The notes: generated from the sequence alone by a model not told the origin. Positions 44,403-53,988 are shown, counted from the first letter of the stretch. The stretch is 64,000 nt of DNA from an uncultured Acidobacteriaceae bacterium (GCA_963845405.1 CAWJRY010000016.1:149112-213111); one strand, 5' to 3'. Translations and numbers: made by a program.

Positions 44403-46436
44403 CTACTGTTTAACGATCCACGTGGCCATTTTCTCCAGCGCCACCGGTGACATCGTCTCCTCGATCTGCGCATACTCGGCGGGTGCGCCCGTTTTTGCCG
44501 TCTGGAATAAGTGATTCAGCCCCGGCAGTTCGTCGATTTCGAAATGCTTGTTGCCGCCATCTTCGAGCGCCTTGCGGATCGCCGGCAGATTCTGATCCGG
44601 CAACACCTGCTTATCTTTCTCTCCGTTGAGCACCAGCACCGGGCACGTCACTTTGCGCAACGCGATCGCCGGATCATAAGTCAGAAAGTATCGAAACCAT
44701 GGAGAAGTAACCTGCTTGATCTGCATCCCGATCTGCGCCTCGGGCACGTGGCCGGCCATCTTTTCTTTCAGTTCGCTCTCCAGTTTCGTCTCGTCCTTTT
44801 CGGTTTCCACGAGCGTCAGGATGTCTCGCTCTTTCGCGGCATTCTTCGCGGCCACTTCCTTCGACTTTCCCATCGCGATCTCGATAGCTTCTCCCTGAGC
44901 GACGATGACTTGATCTCCTGGTACTCCCGTGCCCGCCATCATCACGATGAAGGCGACATCTTTGTTGCGCGCCGCAATCATCGGCGCGATCATTCCGCCT
45001 TCGCTGTGCCCGATCAATCCGATCTTGTGCGGATCGACTTCTGCCCTCGTTTTCAGATAGGCAACACCGGCCTCGGCATCGGTCGCGAAGTCGGCGGTCG
45101 TCGCGTTTGCAAACACGCCTGTAGATTTCCCCGTGCCGCGATCATCCGCGCGCAGCACCGCAATGCCGTGCCGCGTCAGATAGTCCGAGAGAACCAGGAA
45201 CGGCTTGTGACCGAGTAAACTCTCGTCGCGATCCTGCGGACCCGAGCCCGTGATCAGCAGTACCGCCGGAAACGGTCCCTTACCCTGCGGAATTGTGAAC
45301 GTCGCGGCCAGCGTGACGTTCTCCACTTTGTTATCGTAAGAGACTTCTTCTTCGCGATACGGATACGGCCTCACCGGATTCTGCGGCCGCTTTACCTCGA
45401 CCTCCGATTCATCTTTCAGTCGCTTTAATACGAGAGGGTTGCTGCTCCCGTGTTGACTCCACGTTCCATCGATCGAGGTGAGATCGGCGGCGATCTTGCC
45501 TGTAAAACTTCCGTCGATCTGATTCGTCTCGATCTTCAGTAGCGAACCATCGCGGCTGACCGCAGTCCCGGGGAGCCCGCGCATACCCTGGTCGGGACTA
45601 TCCAGAGTGGCGGTCAATCCATCCTGTGTGTTGGTGATGCGAAACACGACCCGCAACTTGATCGTCCCAGTATCGAGTGATCCCATCCAGGCACCGTCAA
45701 TGTCAGAGGGCGCGGCGGGCTTGTGCTCGACTTCGGCTTGATCCTTTGCACGCTTGAGCACGAGCGGGACTTCCACTCCGCCTTGCGACCACTTGCCGTT
45801 CATCGTAGAAAGATCCGCGGCGATCGTGCCTGAAAAACTCCCGCCAATCTGTTTGGCCTCGATCTTCAGGGACGTTCCATCGCGCGTAACCCCGGTCATG
45901 GGCATGCCCTTGAGGTTCTGGTCCGGGCTGTCCATGGTGGCGATAAGGCCGTCCTCCGTGTTGCTGATGTGAAAGACGATCCGCAGTTTGACCGTGCCCG
46001 TGTCGAGCGTGCCCGACCATGTGCCATCGATGTCGGAAGGCTTGGCCGGTTTATGCTCGGTCTTAATCGGTGCAGTCGCGCGTTTAAAGTCGAGTGCCAA
46101 TGCCGAGCCCTGCGACCATGTCCCGGAAATCGTCTTTCCATCCGCGCCGAGGGTGCCTTCGTACGTCCCGTGGACGGCGTCGATTCCCAGGCTCAGTTTG
46201 GAATTCTTGAAAGAAATCGAACTCACTGGAATCCCGTTAGCGCCTTGGTCCACGCTGTCGAGCGTGGCTTTGAGCGCGCCGTCCGTGCCCTTGATGATGT
46301 GCAGCACCAGGCGCAGCTCTCCCTGACCGGTATTGAGACTTCCTTGCCAGTCGCCGGCAATGTCCTGCGCCTGCGCTAACCCGGCGCCGATCAACAACGA
46401 GATCAACATCATTGCAAGAATCAAAATGCGTTTCAT
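44403..46436 (-). CDS. Secreted alpha/beta hydrolase with three tandem ~110-aa N-terminal repeat domains
   Basis: Signal peptide from the ATG at 46436 (MKRILILAMMLISLL), three repeats, then a hydrolase core containing GHSEGG. Confidence 0.85.
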   Translation of the reverse strand: MKRILILAMMLISLLIGAGLAQAQDIAGDWQGSLNTGQGELRLVLHIIKGTDGALKATLDSVDQGANGIPVSSISFKNSKLSLGIDAVHGTYEGTLGADGKTISGTWSQGSALALDFKRATAPIKTEHKPAKPSDIDGTWSGTLDTGTVKLRIVFHISNTEDGLIATMDSPDQNLKGMPMTGVTRDGTSLKIEAKQIGGSFSGTIAADLSTMNGKWSQGGVEVPLVLKRAKDQAEVEHKPAAPSDIDGAWMGSLDTGTIKLRVVFRITNTQDGLTATLDSPDQGMRGLPGTAVSRDGSLLKIETNQIDGSFTGKIAADLTSIDGTWSQHGSSNPLVLKRLKDESEVEVKRPQNPVRPYPYREEEVSYDNKVENVTLAATFTIPQGKGPFPAVLLITGSGPQDRDESLLGHKPFLVLSDYLTRHGIAVLRADDRGTGKSTGVFANATTADFATDAEAGVAYLKTRAEVDPHKIGLIGHSEGGMIAPMIAARNKDVAFIVMMAGTGVPGDQVIVAQGEAIEIAMGKSKEVAAKNAAKERDILTLVETEKDETKLESELKEKMAGHVPEAQIGMQIKQVTSPWFRYFLTYDPAIALRKVTCPVLVLNGEKDKQVLPDQNLPAIRKALEDGGNKHFEIDELPGLNHLFQTAKTGAPAEYAQIEETMSPVALEKMATWIVKQ

Positions 46437-46685
46437 CCCCTTCGCCCTCCCCAGGCGCGTCAAAGTTAGCCTATCGCGCGCTAAACGTGTGTCAAGCCTC
46501 CGCTCTTCCATCGCCTGACATTCTCGTTTTCGAATCTCAAAGCTGTCTTGGCCCAGATGGCTGCTAACTCACACAAAGCAAAGCCTCAACAGAGTCCTTT
46601 TGCGCGAAGCCGTTCCGAGATAGAATGAACCCGTCGGCCATTCCTCCGCCGCCGGCGTGCAAGTTCCCAGCCCCTACCTGAGCCG

Positions 46686-48428
46686 ATGAAGCTGTTTTTC
46701 ACATCTCTGCTGATGCTTCTGCTGGCCGCGACCGCAAGCGCCCAGACGGCTACCAATACCACAAAATCGCGCGCTGCGATCGAGGGCATCGTCACCAAAG
46801 ATCCAACTGGTGAGCCGGTAAAAAAGGCTCTGATCGAACTGATCGCCGAGAACCAGTCTTCCGGCGGAGACTATACCGCCATCACTGTCGCTGATGGATC
46901 CTTCCGCATCGAAGGCATCGTCCCTGGGCGCTACCATCTGTTCGCCGAGCGCACTGGCCTTCTCGAAAAACAAAAGCACGGCGCCGAAACCACAGGCCGC
47001 CTGCTCACACTAACCGCGGGCCAGGAGCTCAAGGATCTGCAGATTCGTCTGCAAGCCGCCGCCGTTGTTCGCGGCCGCGTCACCGACGAAGACGGCGATC
47101 CGATGGCCAACGCGCAAGTCACGGTTCTGCGCCAGACATTTTCCACGGGCCGCAGCCGGTGGGAGCAGGCCGGCTCGGAGCGCACCAATGATCTCGGCGA
47201 ATATCGTATTGCCAGCCTGGACGCCGGCAACTACTACGTCTCGGTAAATCCGCCACCTGATTTCAGAAGTCTGATCGATGCGATGAGTAAAAGTTCGACT
47301 GACGGCGGGTCTGCCGGCAAGAATGGCGCGGCCGCGCCTGATAAGCCGGCGCCGCTTTCGTACCAGCCCGTATATTATCCGGGCACCGGCGATCGCAGTC
47401 AGGCCACCCCGCTGCAGTTGCACGCCGGCGACGACTTCCCGCTGAACTTCTCTCTAACCCCTGGTCCAAGTCTGAGCATTCGTGGATCGGTAATGAATTT
47501 GCCGCCGCGTATGTCGGCCACCATCATGCTTCAGTCGCGCGATTTCAACACGGTGCTCAATGGCGCGGAGATGCACAAGGACGGCAGCTTCGTGATCCGC
47601 GATGTCGCGCCCGGCAGCTACACAATTCTGGCGTCGGTCGACAACGCGCCCGTGCCCATGATGGCGCGGCAAGCACTGCAAGTCGTATCGAGCAGCGTCG
47701 AGGGATTGCGTCTTGCGCCGCAAACTGGCGGAGTGATTCGCGGCCGCCTGCGGGCCGAAAGCAAGAGCAGCGCAAGACTCGATCTAACCCAGTTTTTTCT
47801 CACGCTGCGTCCGGCTGACGGCGACGAAGACGCACTGAACATATTTCTCGGTGGCGCCGGATTCAGCGCACTTACCCGCGTGTCGCCGGATGGCAGCTTC
47901 GAATGGAAGAATGTTCCCGCCGGCACCTACTACGTGCAACTCGCCGGTGACGCCGGCGTCGGCGCCACGATTGCAGAGTTCACAAACGTCGATACCGGAT
48001 GGTTCCTGAAATCCGCCGCGTCCGACGGCCGCGAGGTAACCGACTCCGGCATCAACGTCAGCGGCGGCGCTGTATCCCTCGACCTGGTTGCGAGCGCCAA
48101 CGGAGCCGTGATTGACGGCGTTGTCGCCGACCACAAAGGCGAAGCGGTCGCCAACGCAGTCGCAGTAGCCGTCCCAGAGGCGCGCCTGCGCGGGCGAGTT
48201 GACCGTTATCGCAAAACCGTCAGCGATCAGAGCGGACACTTTTTTCTCCGCGGCATTCCGCCGGGAGACTACACGTTGTTTGCTTGGGAGAGTGTGGAAG
48301 GCGAAGGGTACTATGATCCCGAATTTCTAAGCCGCTATCAAGGCCAGGGAATCCAGCTACACGCCGCCGAGGGCGATCACAAGACCTTGCAAGTAGAAGT
48401 AATTCCCGACCCCGAAGACCAACCGTAG
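46686..48428 (+). CDS. Carboxypeptidase-regulatory-like domain repeat protein (secreted)
   Basis: Signal peptide and repeated IEG/VRGRV...DG.P beta-sandwich modules. Confidence 0.75.
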   Translation: MKLFFTSLLMLLLAATASAQTATNTTKSRAAIEGIVTKDPTGEPVKKALIELIAENQSSGGDYTAITVADGSFRIEGIVPGRYHLFAERTGLLEKQKHGAETTGRLLTLTAGQELKDLQIRLQAAAVVRGRVTDEDGDPMANAQVTVLRQTFSTGRSRWEQAGSERTNDLGEYRIASLDAGNYYVSVNPPPDFRSLIDAMSKSSTDGGSAGKNGAAAPDKPAPLSYQPVYYPGTGDRSQATPLQLHAGDDFPLNFSLTPGPSLSIRGSVMNLPPRMSATIMLQSRDFNTVLNGAEMHKDGSFVIRDVAPGSYTILASVDNAPVPMMARQALQVVSSSVEGLRLAPQTGGVIRGRLRAESKSSARLDLTQFFLTLRPADGDEDALNIFLGGAGFSALTRVSPDGSFEWKNVPAGTYYVQLAGDAGVGATIAEFTNVDTGWFLKSAASDGREVTDSGINVSGGAVSLDLVASANGAVIDGVVADHKGEAVANAVAVAVPEARLRGRVDRYRKTVSDQSGHFFLRGIPPGDYTLFAWESVEGEGYYDPEFLSRYQGQGIQLHAAEGDHKTLQVEVIPDPEDQP

Positions 48429-48538
48429 TTTCGGCAATATACTTGACGCCAATTGCTCCCCGTCATGCGTTTTCACCAGCGAATCTGGACGATCGAGCTA
48501 GCCGCGGTGTACAACTGTCTACTCTGCCGGCACGAAAC

Positions 48539-49360
48539 ATGAAAAAGAGTATCCGGATCACACTCGCACTCTGCGCTGCCACCCTCTGCCATCTCTGCAC
48601 CGCGCAAGCGTCCGTCCCTCCGAAAAAACATCTCCTCGTCATCGGTGAAGAAAAAGGCTACCGCCACGAAGCGGTTTCGCACGCCATGGCGACGATCGAG
48701 CGCTTGGGGAAAGAAACCGGCCTCTGGGACACCACGCTCCGCACCGACACCGAAGTTCTCACCAAGAAAAAACTCGAATACAACGCTAAAAACTTGAACG
48801 ATTTCGACGCCGTCCTCTTCTACACCGGCGGCGATCTTGAAATGGACGCCCAGCAGAAGGCCGATTTCATCTCGTTTGTCCGCGACGACGGCAAGGGATT
48901 CATCGGCGTTCATAGCGCCGCCATCACCTTCGTCGATTGGCCAGAATATGGAGACATGATCGGCGGATACTACGACGAGCATCCGTGGCTGACCTTCGAC
49001 GCCCCCATCATCGTCGAAGACCCGGCCTTTCCCGGCATGCAGCCATGGCCGCACTCGTTTGTGCTCAAGGACGAGATTTATCAGATGCGAAATTATTCCC
49101 GCGACAAGCTGCGCGTGCTGATGCGCCTGGACGTAACCAAGCTCGACATGAAGAACAAAAACGTCCATCGCACCGACGGCGACTTTGCTGTCACCTGGGC
49201 AAAGATGTACGGCAAAGGCCGCGTCTACTACACGACTCTGGGCCATGTCGAAGCGAATTGGGACAAACCGGAATTTCAGCAGATGATGACAGAAGCCATC
49301 AAATGGTCGATGGGCCTGGAGAATGCAGATGTAACGTCCCGCTCACTGCCCAGGAATTAA
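48539..49360 (+). CDS. ThuA-domain protein (secreted)
   Basis: MKKSIRITLALCAATL signal from the ATG at 48539, with a ThuA-like core (...GFIGVHSA...TLGH). Confidence 0.85.
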   Translation: MKKSIRITLALCAATLCHLCTAQASVPPKKHLLVIGEEKGYRHEAVSHAMATIERLGKETGLWDTTLRTDTEVLTKKKLEYNAKNLNDFDAVLFYTGGDLEMDAQQKADFISFVRDDGKGFIGVHSAAITFVDWPEYGDMIGGYYDEHPWLTFDAPIIVEDPAFPGMQPWPHSFVLKDEIYQMRNYSRDKLRVLMRLDVTKLDMKNKNVHRTDGDFAVTWAKMYGKGRVYYTTLGHVEANWDKPEFQQMMTEAIKWSMGLENADVTSRSLPRN

Positions 49361-49426
49361 CTCGCACGTTTATGCGTGCGCATTTCGGGTTTTAGCCGCC
49401 GACCGGCGTAAGCTGGCAAGACATTC

Positions 49427-50233
49427 ATGACTCCAACAAACAGAAGAACTTTCGCAAAAGCCCTCGCCGCCGCCTTCGCCGCGACAGCCCTCCCATTGCG
49501 CGCCGCGACCAAACTCAACGTCGGCATCGGCACCTACAGCTATCACAACCTCTCGCTGGACCAGATGATTGTGCAACTGAACGCCCTCGGAGTGCGCGAA
49601 ATTGAAATGTCCCGCGGGGAGTTCATGCTGATGAACCATCCTACGGAAGATCTGTGCCGCGAGGCTCGAACCAAATTCGATCGAGCCGGAATCCGTTGTG
49701 TGTCGTATTACACCGCGACCATCAAAGAAGATGCCGACCTCGACAACGCCGTGCGCTTCGCCGAAATTCTCGGTGCGCGGAACATAACCGGCGACGCCAC
49801 GGGCCCCATCCTGAATAGAATCGACCAGCGCCTCACGCAGGAAAAACTGACTTTCGGAATTCACAATCACTATTTCAAAGGCCAGAAGTTCGCCTACGAG
49901 AGTCCAGAAGACGTGCTGAACGCCCTCCGCGGACTTTCCAACACGGTCGGCGCAACGGCCGACGTAGGACATTTCGCATCCTGCGGCCACGACCCCGTGG
50001 ACGCACTTCGCAAATTGCGTCCACGCCTCAAGCTGGTTCACCTCAAAGACATTCAAGCTGCAGACGGAGAAGTGAATGTGCTGCTGGGAAAGGGAATCGC
50101 TAGGATTCCAGAAGTGATGAAGGAACTGCATCGCCAGAACTTCGCCGGATTCATCGCAGTGGAATACGAAAAAGAAGGCGACGTAAACGAAGACATGCGC
50201 CAGGACATGGAATTCGCCCGCAAACTCGCGTGA
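49427..50233 (+). CDS. Sugar phosphate isomerase/epimerase (xylose-isomerase-like TIM barrel), Tat-type signal
   Basis: MTPTNRRTFAKALAAAF... with AP_endonuc_2-like motifs. Confidence 0.85.
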   Translation: MTPTNRRTFAKALAAAFAATALPLRAATKLNVGIGTYSYHNLSLDQMIVQLNALGVREIEMSRGEFMLMNHPTEDLCREARTKFDRAGIRCVSYYTATIKEDADLDNAVRFAEILGARNITGDATGPILNRIDQRLTQEKLTFGIHNHYFKGQKFAYESPEDVLNALRGLSNTVGATADVGHFASCGHDPVDALRKLRPRLKLVHLKDIQAADGEVNVLLGKGIARIPEVMKELHRQNFAGFIAVEYEKEGDVNEDMRQDMEFARKLA

Positions 50234-50275
50234 GGGTGGGTACGCGCACCAGCCAAATTCAAACCGGGGCGCGAC

Positions 50276-50794
50276 CTAAAAGTGGTGCGTCTCGACTACG
50301 GGCGAGTCTCCGTCGGCGGCTTTGGTTTCATCGGCGTGAATTTTGCCGTCGTTCTCCACGTAGAACGAGCGATGCTGCGGGTCAAGATTTTTCGGCGTCA
50401 TGGTGAGCATGAAATTGCTTGTTTTGCCCTTATATCCGACGGTGTAGTCGCCACGGTCGGGATTGAGCATGCGCTGGGTGAAGGTTCCGGAGTGTACGAG
50501 CTGGGTGAGCGTCACGGCATAATGGCCGTAATGTTTGTTGAAGCCGACTTCGGCGCGCATCACGACGCGGATGTAGCCGAGCGCCGCCGCTTCGGAATCG
50601 GAATGAGCCGGATCACCGCGAAACTTGGGTGTGTAGGTCGAAGCCTGAGCAGCCGGTTCTTGCGCGGGAACTGCGGTGGCGGGGGCGCTGTCCTGAGCGA
50701 ACGTCGCTGTGCCCGCGAAAATGCATGTGGCGAGCAGAAGTGGAGCAATGCACATCCAAACAACGCACGTTAATAGCGGGGTCAACTTTTTCAT
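50276..50794 (-). CDS. Hypothetical secreted protein
   Basis: Signal peptide from the ATG at 50794 (MKKLTPLLTCVVWM). No domain recognised. Confidence 0.55.
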   Translation of the reverse strand: MKKLTPLLTCVVWMCIAPLLLATCIFAGTATFAQDSAPATAVPAQEPAAQASTYTPKFRGDPAHSDSEAAALGYIRVVMRAEVGFNKHYGHYAVTLTQLVHSGTFTQRMLNPDRGDYTVGYKGKTSNFMLTMTPKNLDPQHRSFYVENDGKIHADETKAADGDSPVVETHHF

Positions 50795-50992
50795 GAAGCA
50801 GGGGCTCCTCGAATCCGTCAGGCGGAACGAGACTCGCGACTTCTCGCCGCGGATCTGAAAATGCACGGCCAATGCGGGATTTCGCCTTTCAATCCATGTT
50901 ACTCCCGTAATTTCCCTTCGGTCACCTTCTCTTTGCTTTGTAACGAATTATTACTATGCTGGTAAGACAAACCAGACCCCACAGGGGAAACT

Positions 50993-51652
50993 ATGAAAGC
51001 AGCAGTCGCCAGAAAACCCGTTATTCGCATTGCGGTTGTGGAAAGCGATCCTTTGCGTTTTGTAGGGTTCCGCGCATTGTTCGACTCCGAGCCGGAGTTC
51101 GAACTGATTTCCGCCGCGTTGCCCGAGATCAGCACGCTGCAAAATGTCGATCTCATCCTGCTCGGCAACCGTTCCGGACAAAACCTGTTTGACGTGATGG
51201 CCAGCCTTAAGGCCACGCGTCCAGACCTGCGCATTATCGTGACCGGTTCTGGCATTGACGAAGAAACCATTCTGAAGGCGATCGCCTCCGGCGCCAAGGG
51301 ATACGTGGATGAGGCCGCTACGCCTGCCGAATTCGCGCAGGCCATCCGGATCGTGCACCAAGGATCGGTCTGGGCGCCGCGCCGTGTGCTTTCCCTTTTC
51401 ATCGAACGCGTGTCGCAGTCTCCGGGACGAATCTTCCCGGCGGGTCGCGTCACCTTCACCGACCGCGAAAAAGAAGTGCTGGAAATGCTGGTGGCTGGCC
51501 GCTCCAACAAAGAGATTGGCAGCCAGTTAGGCATCGAAGAGCGCACCGTTAAAGCGCACGTCGCAAAACTGATGCGCAAAGTGGGAGTGCAAAACCGCAT
51601 CGCGCTGTCGGTGCATGCGATTACGCATTCGCTGGTGGCTACGGCGAAGTGA
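50993..51652 (+). CDS. LuxR/NarL-family regulator with an aspartate-less receiver domain
   Basis: C-terminal HTH (FTDREKEVLEMLVAGRSNKEIGSQLGIEERTVKAHV). The receiver fold has the conserved T (IIVTGS) and K (AKGYV), but DLILLGN sits where the phospho-acceptor LLD is expected. Confidence 0.85.
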   Translation: MKAAVARKPVIRIAVVESDPLRFVGFRALFDSEPEFELISAALPEISTLQNVDLILLGNRSGQNLFDVMASLKATRPDLRIIVTGSGIDEETILKAIASGAKGYVDEAATPAEFAQAIRIVHQGSVWAPRRVLSLFIERVSQSPGRIFPAGRVTFTDREKEVLEMLVAGRSNKEIGSQLGIEERTVKAHVAKLMRKVGVQNRIALSVHAITHSLVATAK

Positions 51653-51655
51653 ACC

Positions 51656-51683
51656 AGCTACTAGCTTCTAGCTACTAGCTTTT
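51656..51683. repeat. Heptamer array AGCTACT AGCTTCT AGCTACT AGCTTTT
   Basis: It starts 4 nt after the regulator's stop. CTAG recurs every 7 nt, giving TAG in all three frames on both strands. Confidence 0.85.
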
Positions 51684-51807
51684 GAATGCTTCCGGCCCTT
51701 TTCAGGGGCCGCGATCGATCGTTACATTGGGACACTTACCTTCGTAATCTTGTCGGTTTGGAGTCTGCACCGCATACTCGCCTCACCTACCACAGAACCT
51801 GGGAGAC

Positions 51808-51857
51808 GGGGTTGAGAGTGGCGATTAGGGTCACTACTTTCAGCCCCGCATTTTTTT
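51808..51857 (+). terminator. Intrinsic terminator candidate (orphan)
   Basis: GGGGTTGA...TCAGCCCC stem with one G-T pair and an inner AGTG/CACT stem, followed by gcaTTTTTTT (51851-51857). It lies ~200 nt after the nearest plus-strand stop. Confidence 0.5.
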
Positions 51858-52043
51858 GTCCCGCTTCGTCCCGCTAAAATCGGCAAGTCCCACGAGACCA
51901 TTTGGGCCGCGGTCGCATTCGCCCACGCGGTTTTGATCCCAGAGATATGTGGGACCTCCTCCAGTACCTAACCTCCGTACAACGCCCTGACATCATTTAC
52001 AATCCAATCATTAAATTCCCAGAAGAATCGCGTTGAGGACCTC

Positions 52044-52736
52044 ATGAAAAAGCTTGTTCTGCTGACCCTGATTGTCTCGCTGTGCTCCCTGACCCTATTC
52101 GCTGGCGCCCAGGAGAGCCAATCGAAGGCCACCGACCGGGTACAGGCGGCGGGCGATGTGTTGAATGAGATCCAGTCCGCACCCGACTCCGGCATTCCCC
52201 AGGAAATCCTCGGTTCTGCGGAGTGCGTTGCCGTCGTGCCCTCCATGTTGAAGGGCGGATTCATCGTTGGCGCAAAATATGGCCGCGGACTGGCGAGTTG
52301 CCGCACCGCGAAGGGATGGAGCGCCCCGGCCTTTTTCCTGGTGACGGGCGGCAGCTTCGGATTTCAAATCGGCGGGCAGGCCGTCGATCTGGTCATGCTG
52401 ATCATGAACAAAGACGGCATGCAGCATCTTCTGTCGAGCAAGTTCGCCCTCGGTGCCGATGCCTCGGTCGCGGCGGGACCGGTGGGACGTCACGCCGAAG
52501 GCAATACCGACTGGAAGATGCGCGCGCAGGTACTGACCTATTCGCGAGCACGGGGCGTCTTCGCCGGCGTGAGCCTGAACGGCGCGGTGATGAAGCAAGA
52601 TAAAGACACGACGCGCGACTTCTACGGTCACATGGTGACGTCGAAGGCTGCGTTGACAGGCGAGGTCGATCCACCGGCAGGAGCGAATCCGTTCTTGAGC
52701 ACGCTGGCGAAGTGGGCCCAGGAAGCGGCTAAGTAG
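52044..52736 (+). CDS. SYLF (DUF500/Ysc84-like) lipid-binding domain protein, secreted
   Basis: ...CVAVVPSMLKGGFIVGAKYGRGLASCR...GGSFGFQIGGQAVDLVML... Confidence 0.8.
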   Translation: MKKLVLLTLIVSLCSLTLFAGAQESQSKATDRVQAAGDVLNEIQSAPDSGIPQEILGSAECVAVVPSMLKGGFIVGAKYGRGLASCRTAKGWSAPAFFLVTGGSFGFQIGGQAVDLVMLIMNKDGMQHLLSSKFALGADASVAAGPVGRHAEGNTDWKMRAQVLTYSRARGVFAGVSLNGAVMKQDKDTTRDFYGHMVTSKAALTGEVDPPAGANPFLSTLAKWAQEAAK

Positions 52737-52837
52737 TTGAGATGCAAAATGTAGGGACAGCCGTCCGGTCGAGCTCAGCTCGACAGCTTCTAACGCCGAT
52801 GTTGTTTCAATTCCTGGATGTGTGCAGTTTAAGGAAA

Positions 52838-52997
52838 CGATTTGTATCAGGGCTTCGCTTCAGCGATGCCACAGATGTTCGCGATATACCAAACGGCTTC
52901 AGCCGCTGGGCCTCGACGGCAGTGTAGCGGCCGCTAGAGCCGGCATCCGTTGCGGATGGTTGCGGCATGCCTCAAAGGCATGCCTTGATACGAATCG
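52838..52997. repeat. MITE/REP-like ~160-bp element with terminal inverted repeats
   Basis: The ends CGATTTGTATCAGGGC (52838-52853) and GCCTTGATACGAATCG (52982-52997) are complementary at 14 of 16 positions. Internal hairpins are TCGCT-tc-AGCGA, CGGCT-tc-AGCCG and GGCATGCC-tcaaa-GGCATGCC. Confidence 0.55.
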
Positions 52998-53079
52998 CTT
53001 TTTCTCAAACTGTACTGCCACTCATTTCTTTCCGCGTTTGACAAACATTTTTTCGCGGTGATACCGTCACGCTTCCCTG

Positions 53080-53988
53080 ATGCGGCGAGAACTCGAATAC
53101 GCGGCGGCGTGGCCGTTCATCAAGATTCTGGGGATTTTGCCGCGGCCTCTGGCGCGCGCCTTCGCGATTGGAATCGGCCAGGCGGTTTATCTGCTACATG
53201 TTCGGCTGCGTCGCGTCGGCCTGCGTAATCTCGCGCTGGCGTTTCCTGACAAAACAGAGCGTGAACGCGCCCGTATTCTGCGCGGAGAATTCACCTCCCT
53301 GGGCCGCCAACTCGCCGAACTCTGCCAGTTTCCCCGCTACACGCTGGAAAACATCGAACAGGTCGTGGTCTACGACGGCCTCGAGAATTATGAACGCGCC
53401 TACGCCCGCGGCAAAGGTGTGCTGTTTCTAACCGCGCACTTCGGCGGATGGGAACTTTCCGCGTTCGCGCATTCCCTGCACGGTCACTGGCTGCGCGTAG
53501 TCATGCGTCCCATGGACAATGAATATCTCGACCGCCTGCTCCAAAGTTATCGCACCATGCACGGGAACAAGACCGTCGACAAAGACGATTTCGTGCGCGG
53601 CCTGCTGGCGGCCATGAAGGCGGGAGAAACCGTCGGCATATTGATGGACACGAATATGACACCGCCGCAGGGTGTCTTCGTGAATTTCTTCGGTATCCCA
53701 GCCTGCACGGCCAGCGGCCTGGCACGCATCGCCTTGCGCACGGATGCGGCCGTCGTTCCGGGGTTCACGATCTGGGATGCCGAGTTAGGAAAGTATCGCC
53801 TTCGCTTTGACTCCGCGCTCGAATTGATCCGCACTGGCGATCTGGAAGCCGACACCGTTGCTAACACCCAGATGTTCACGAAAGTGATTGAAGACTATGT
53901 GCGGAAATATCCCGAGCAGTGGCTATGGGTGCATCGCCGCTGGAAGACGCGGCCCGAAGGGCAACCGGGACTGTACGACAATCGGTAG
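53080..53988 (+). CDS. Lipid A biosynthesis (LpxL/HtrB-type) lysophospholipid acyltransferase
   Basis: ...LTAHFGGWE... motif and the length and layout of the lauroyl/myristoyl acyltransferase family. Confidence 0.85.
   Translation: MRRELEYAAAWPFIKILGILPRPLARAFAIGIGQAVYLLHVRLRRVGLRNLALAFPDKTERERARILRGEFTSLGRQLAELCQFPRYTLENIEQVVVYDGLENYERAYARGKGVLFLTAHFGGWELSAFAHSLHGHWLRVVMRPMDNEYLDRLLQSYRTMHGNKTVDKDDFVRGLLAAMKAGETVGILMDTNMTPPQGVFVNFFGIPACTASGLARIALRTDAAVVPGFTIWDAELGKYRLRFDSALELIRTGDLEADTVANTQMFTKVIEDYVRKYPEQWLWVHRRWKTRPEGQPGLYDNR

Noticed and set aside
48473-50131. ORFs 48473..49246 and 49370..50131 antisense to ThuA and the sugar phosphate isomerase
   Set aside because: They are shadow ORFs of well-supported plus-strand genes.
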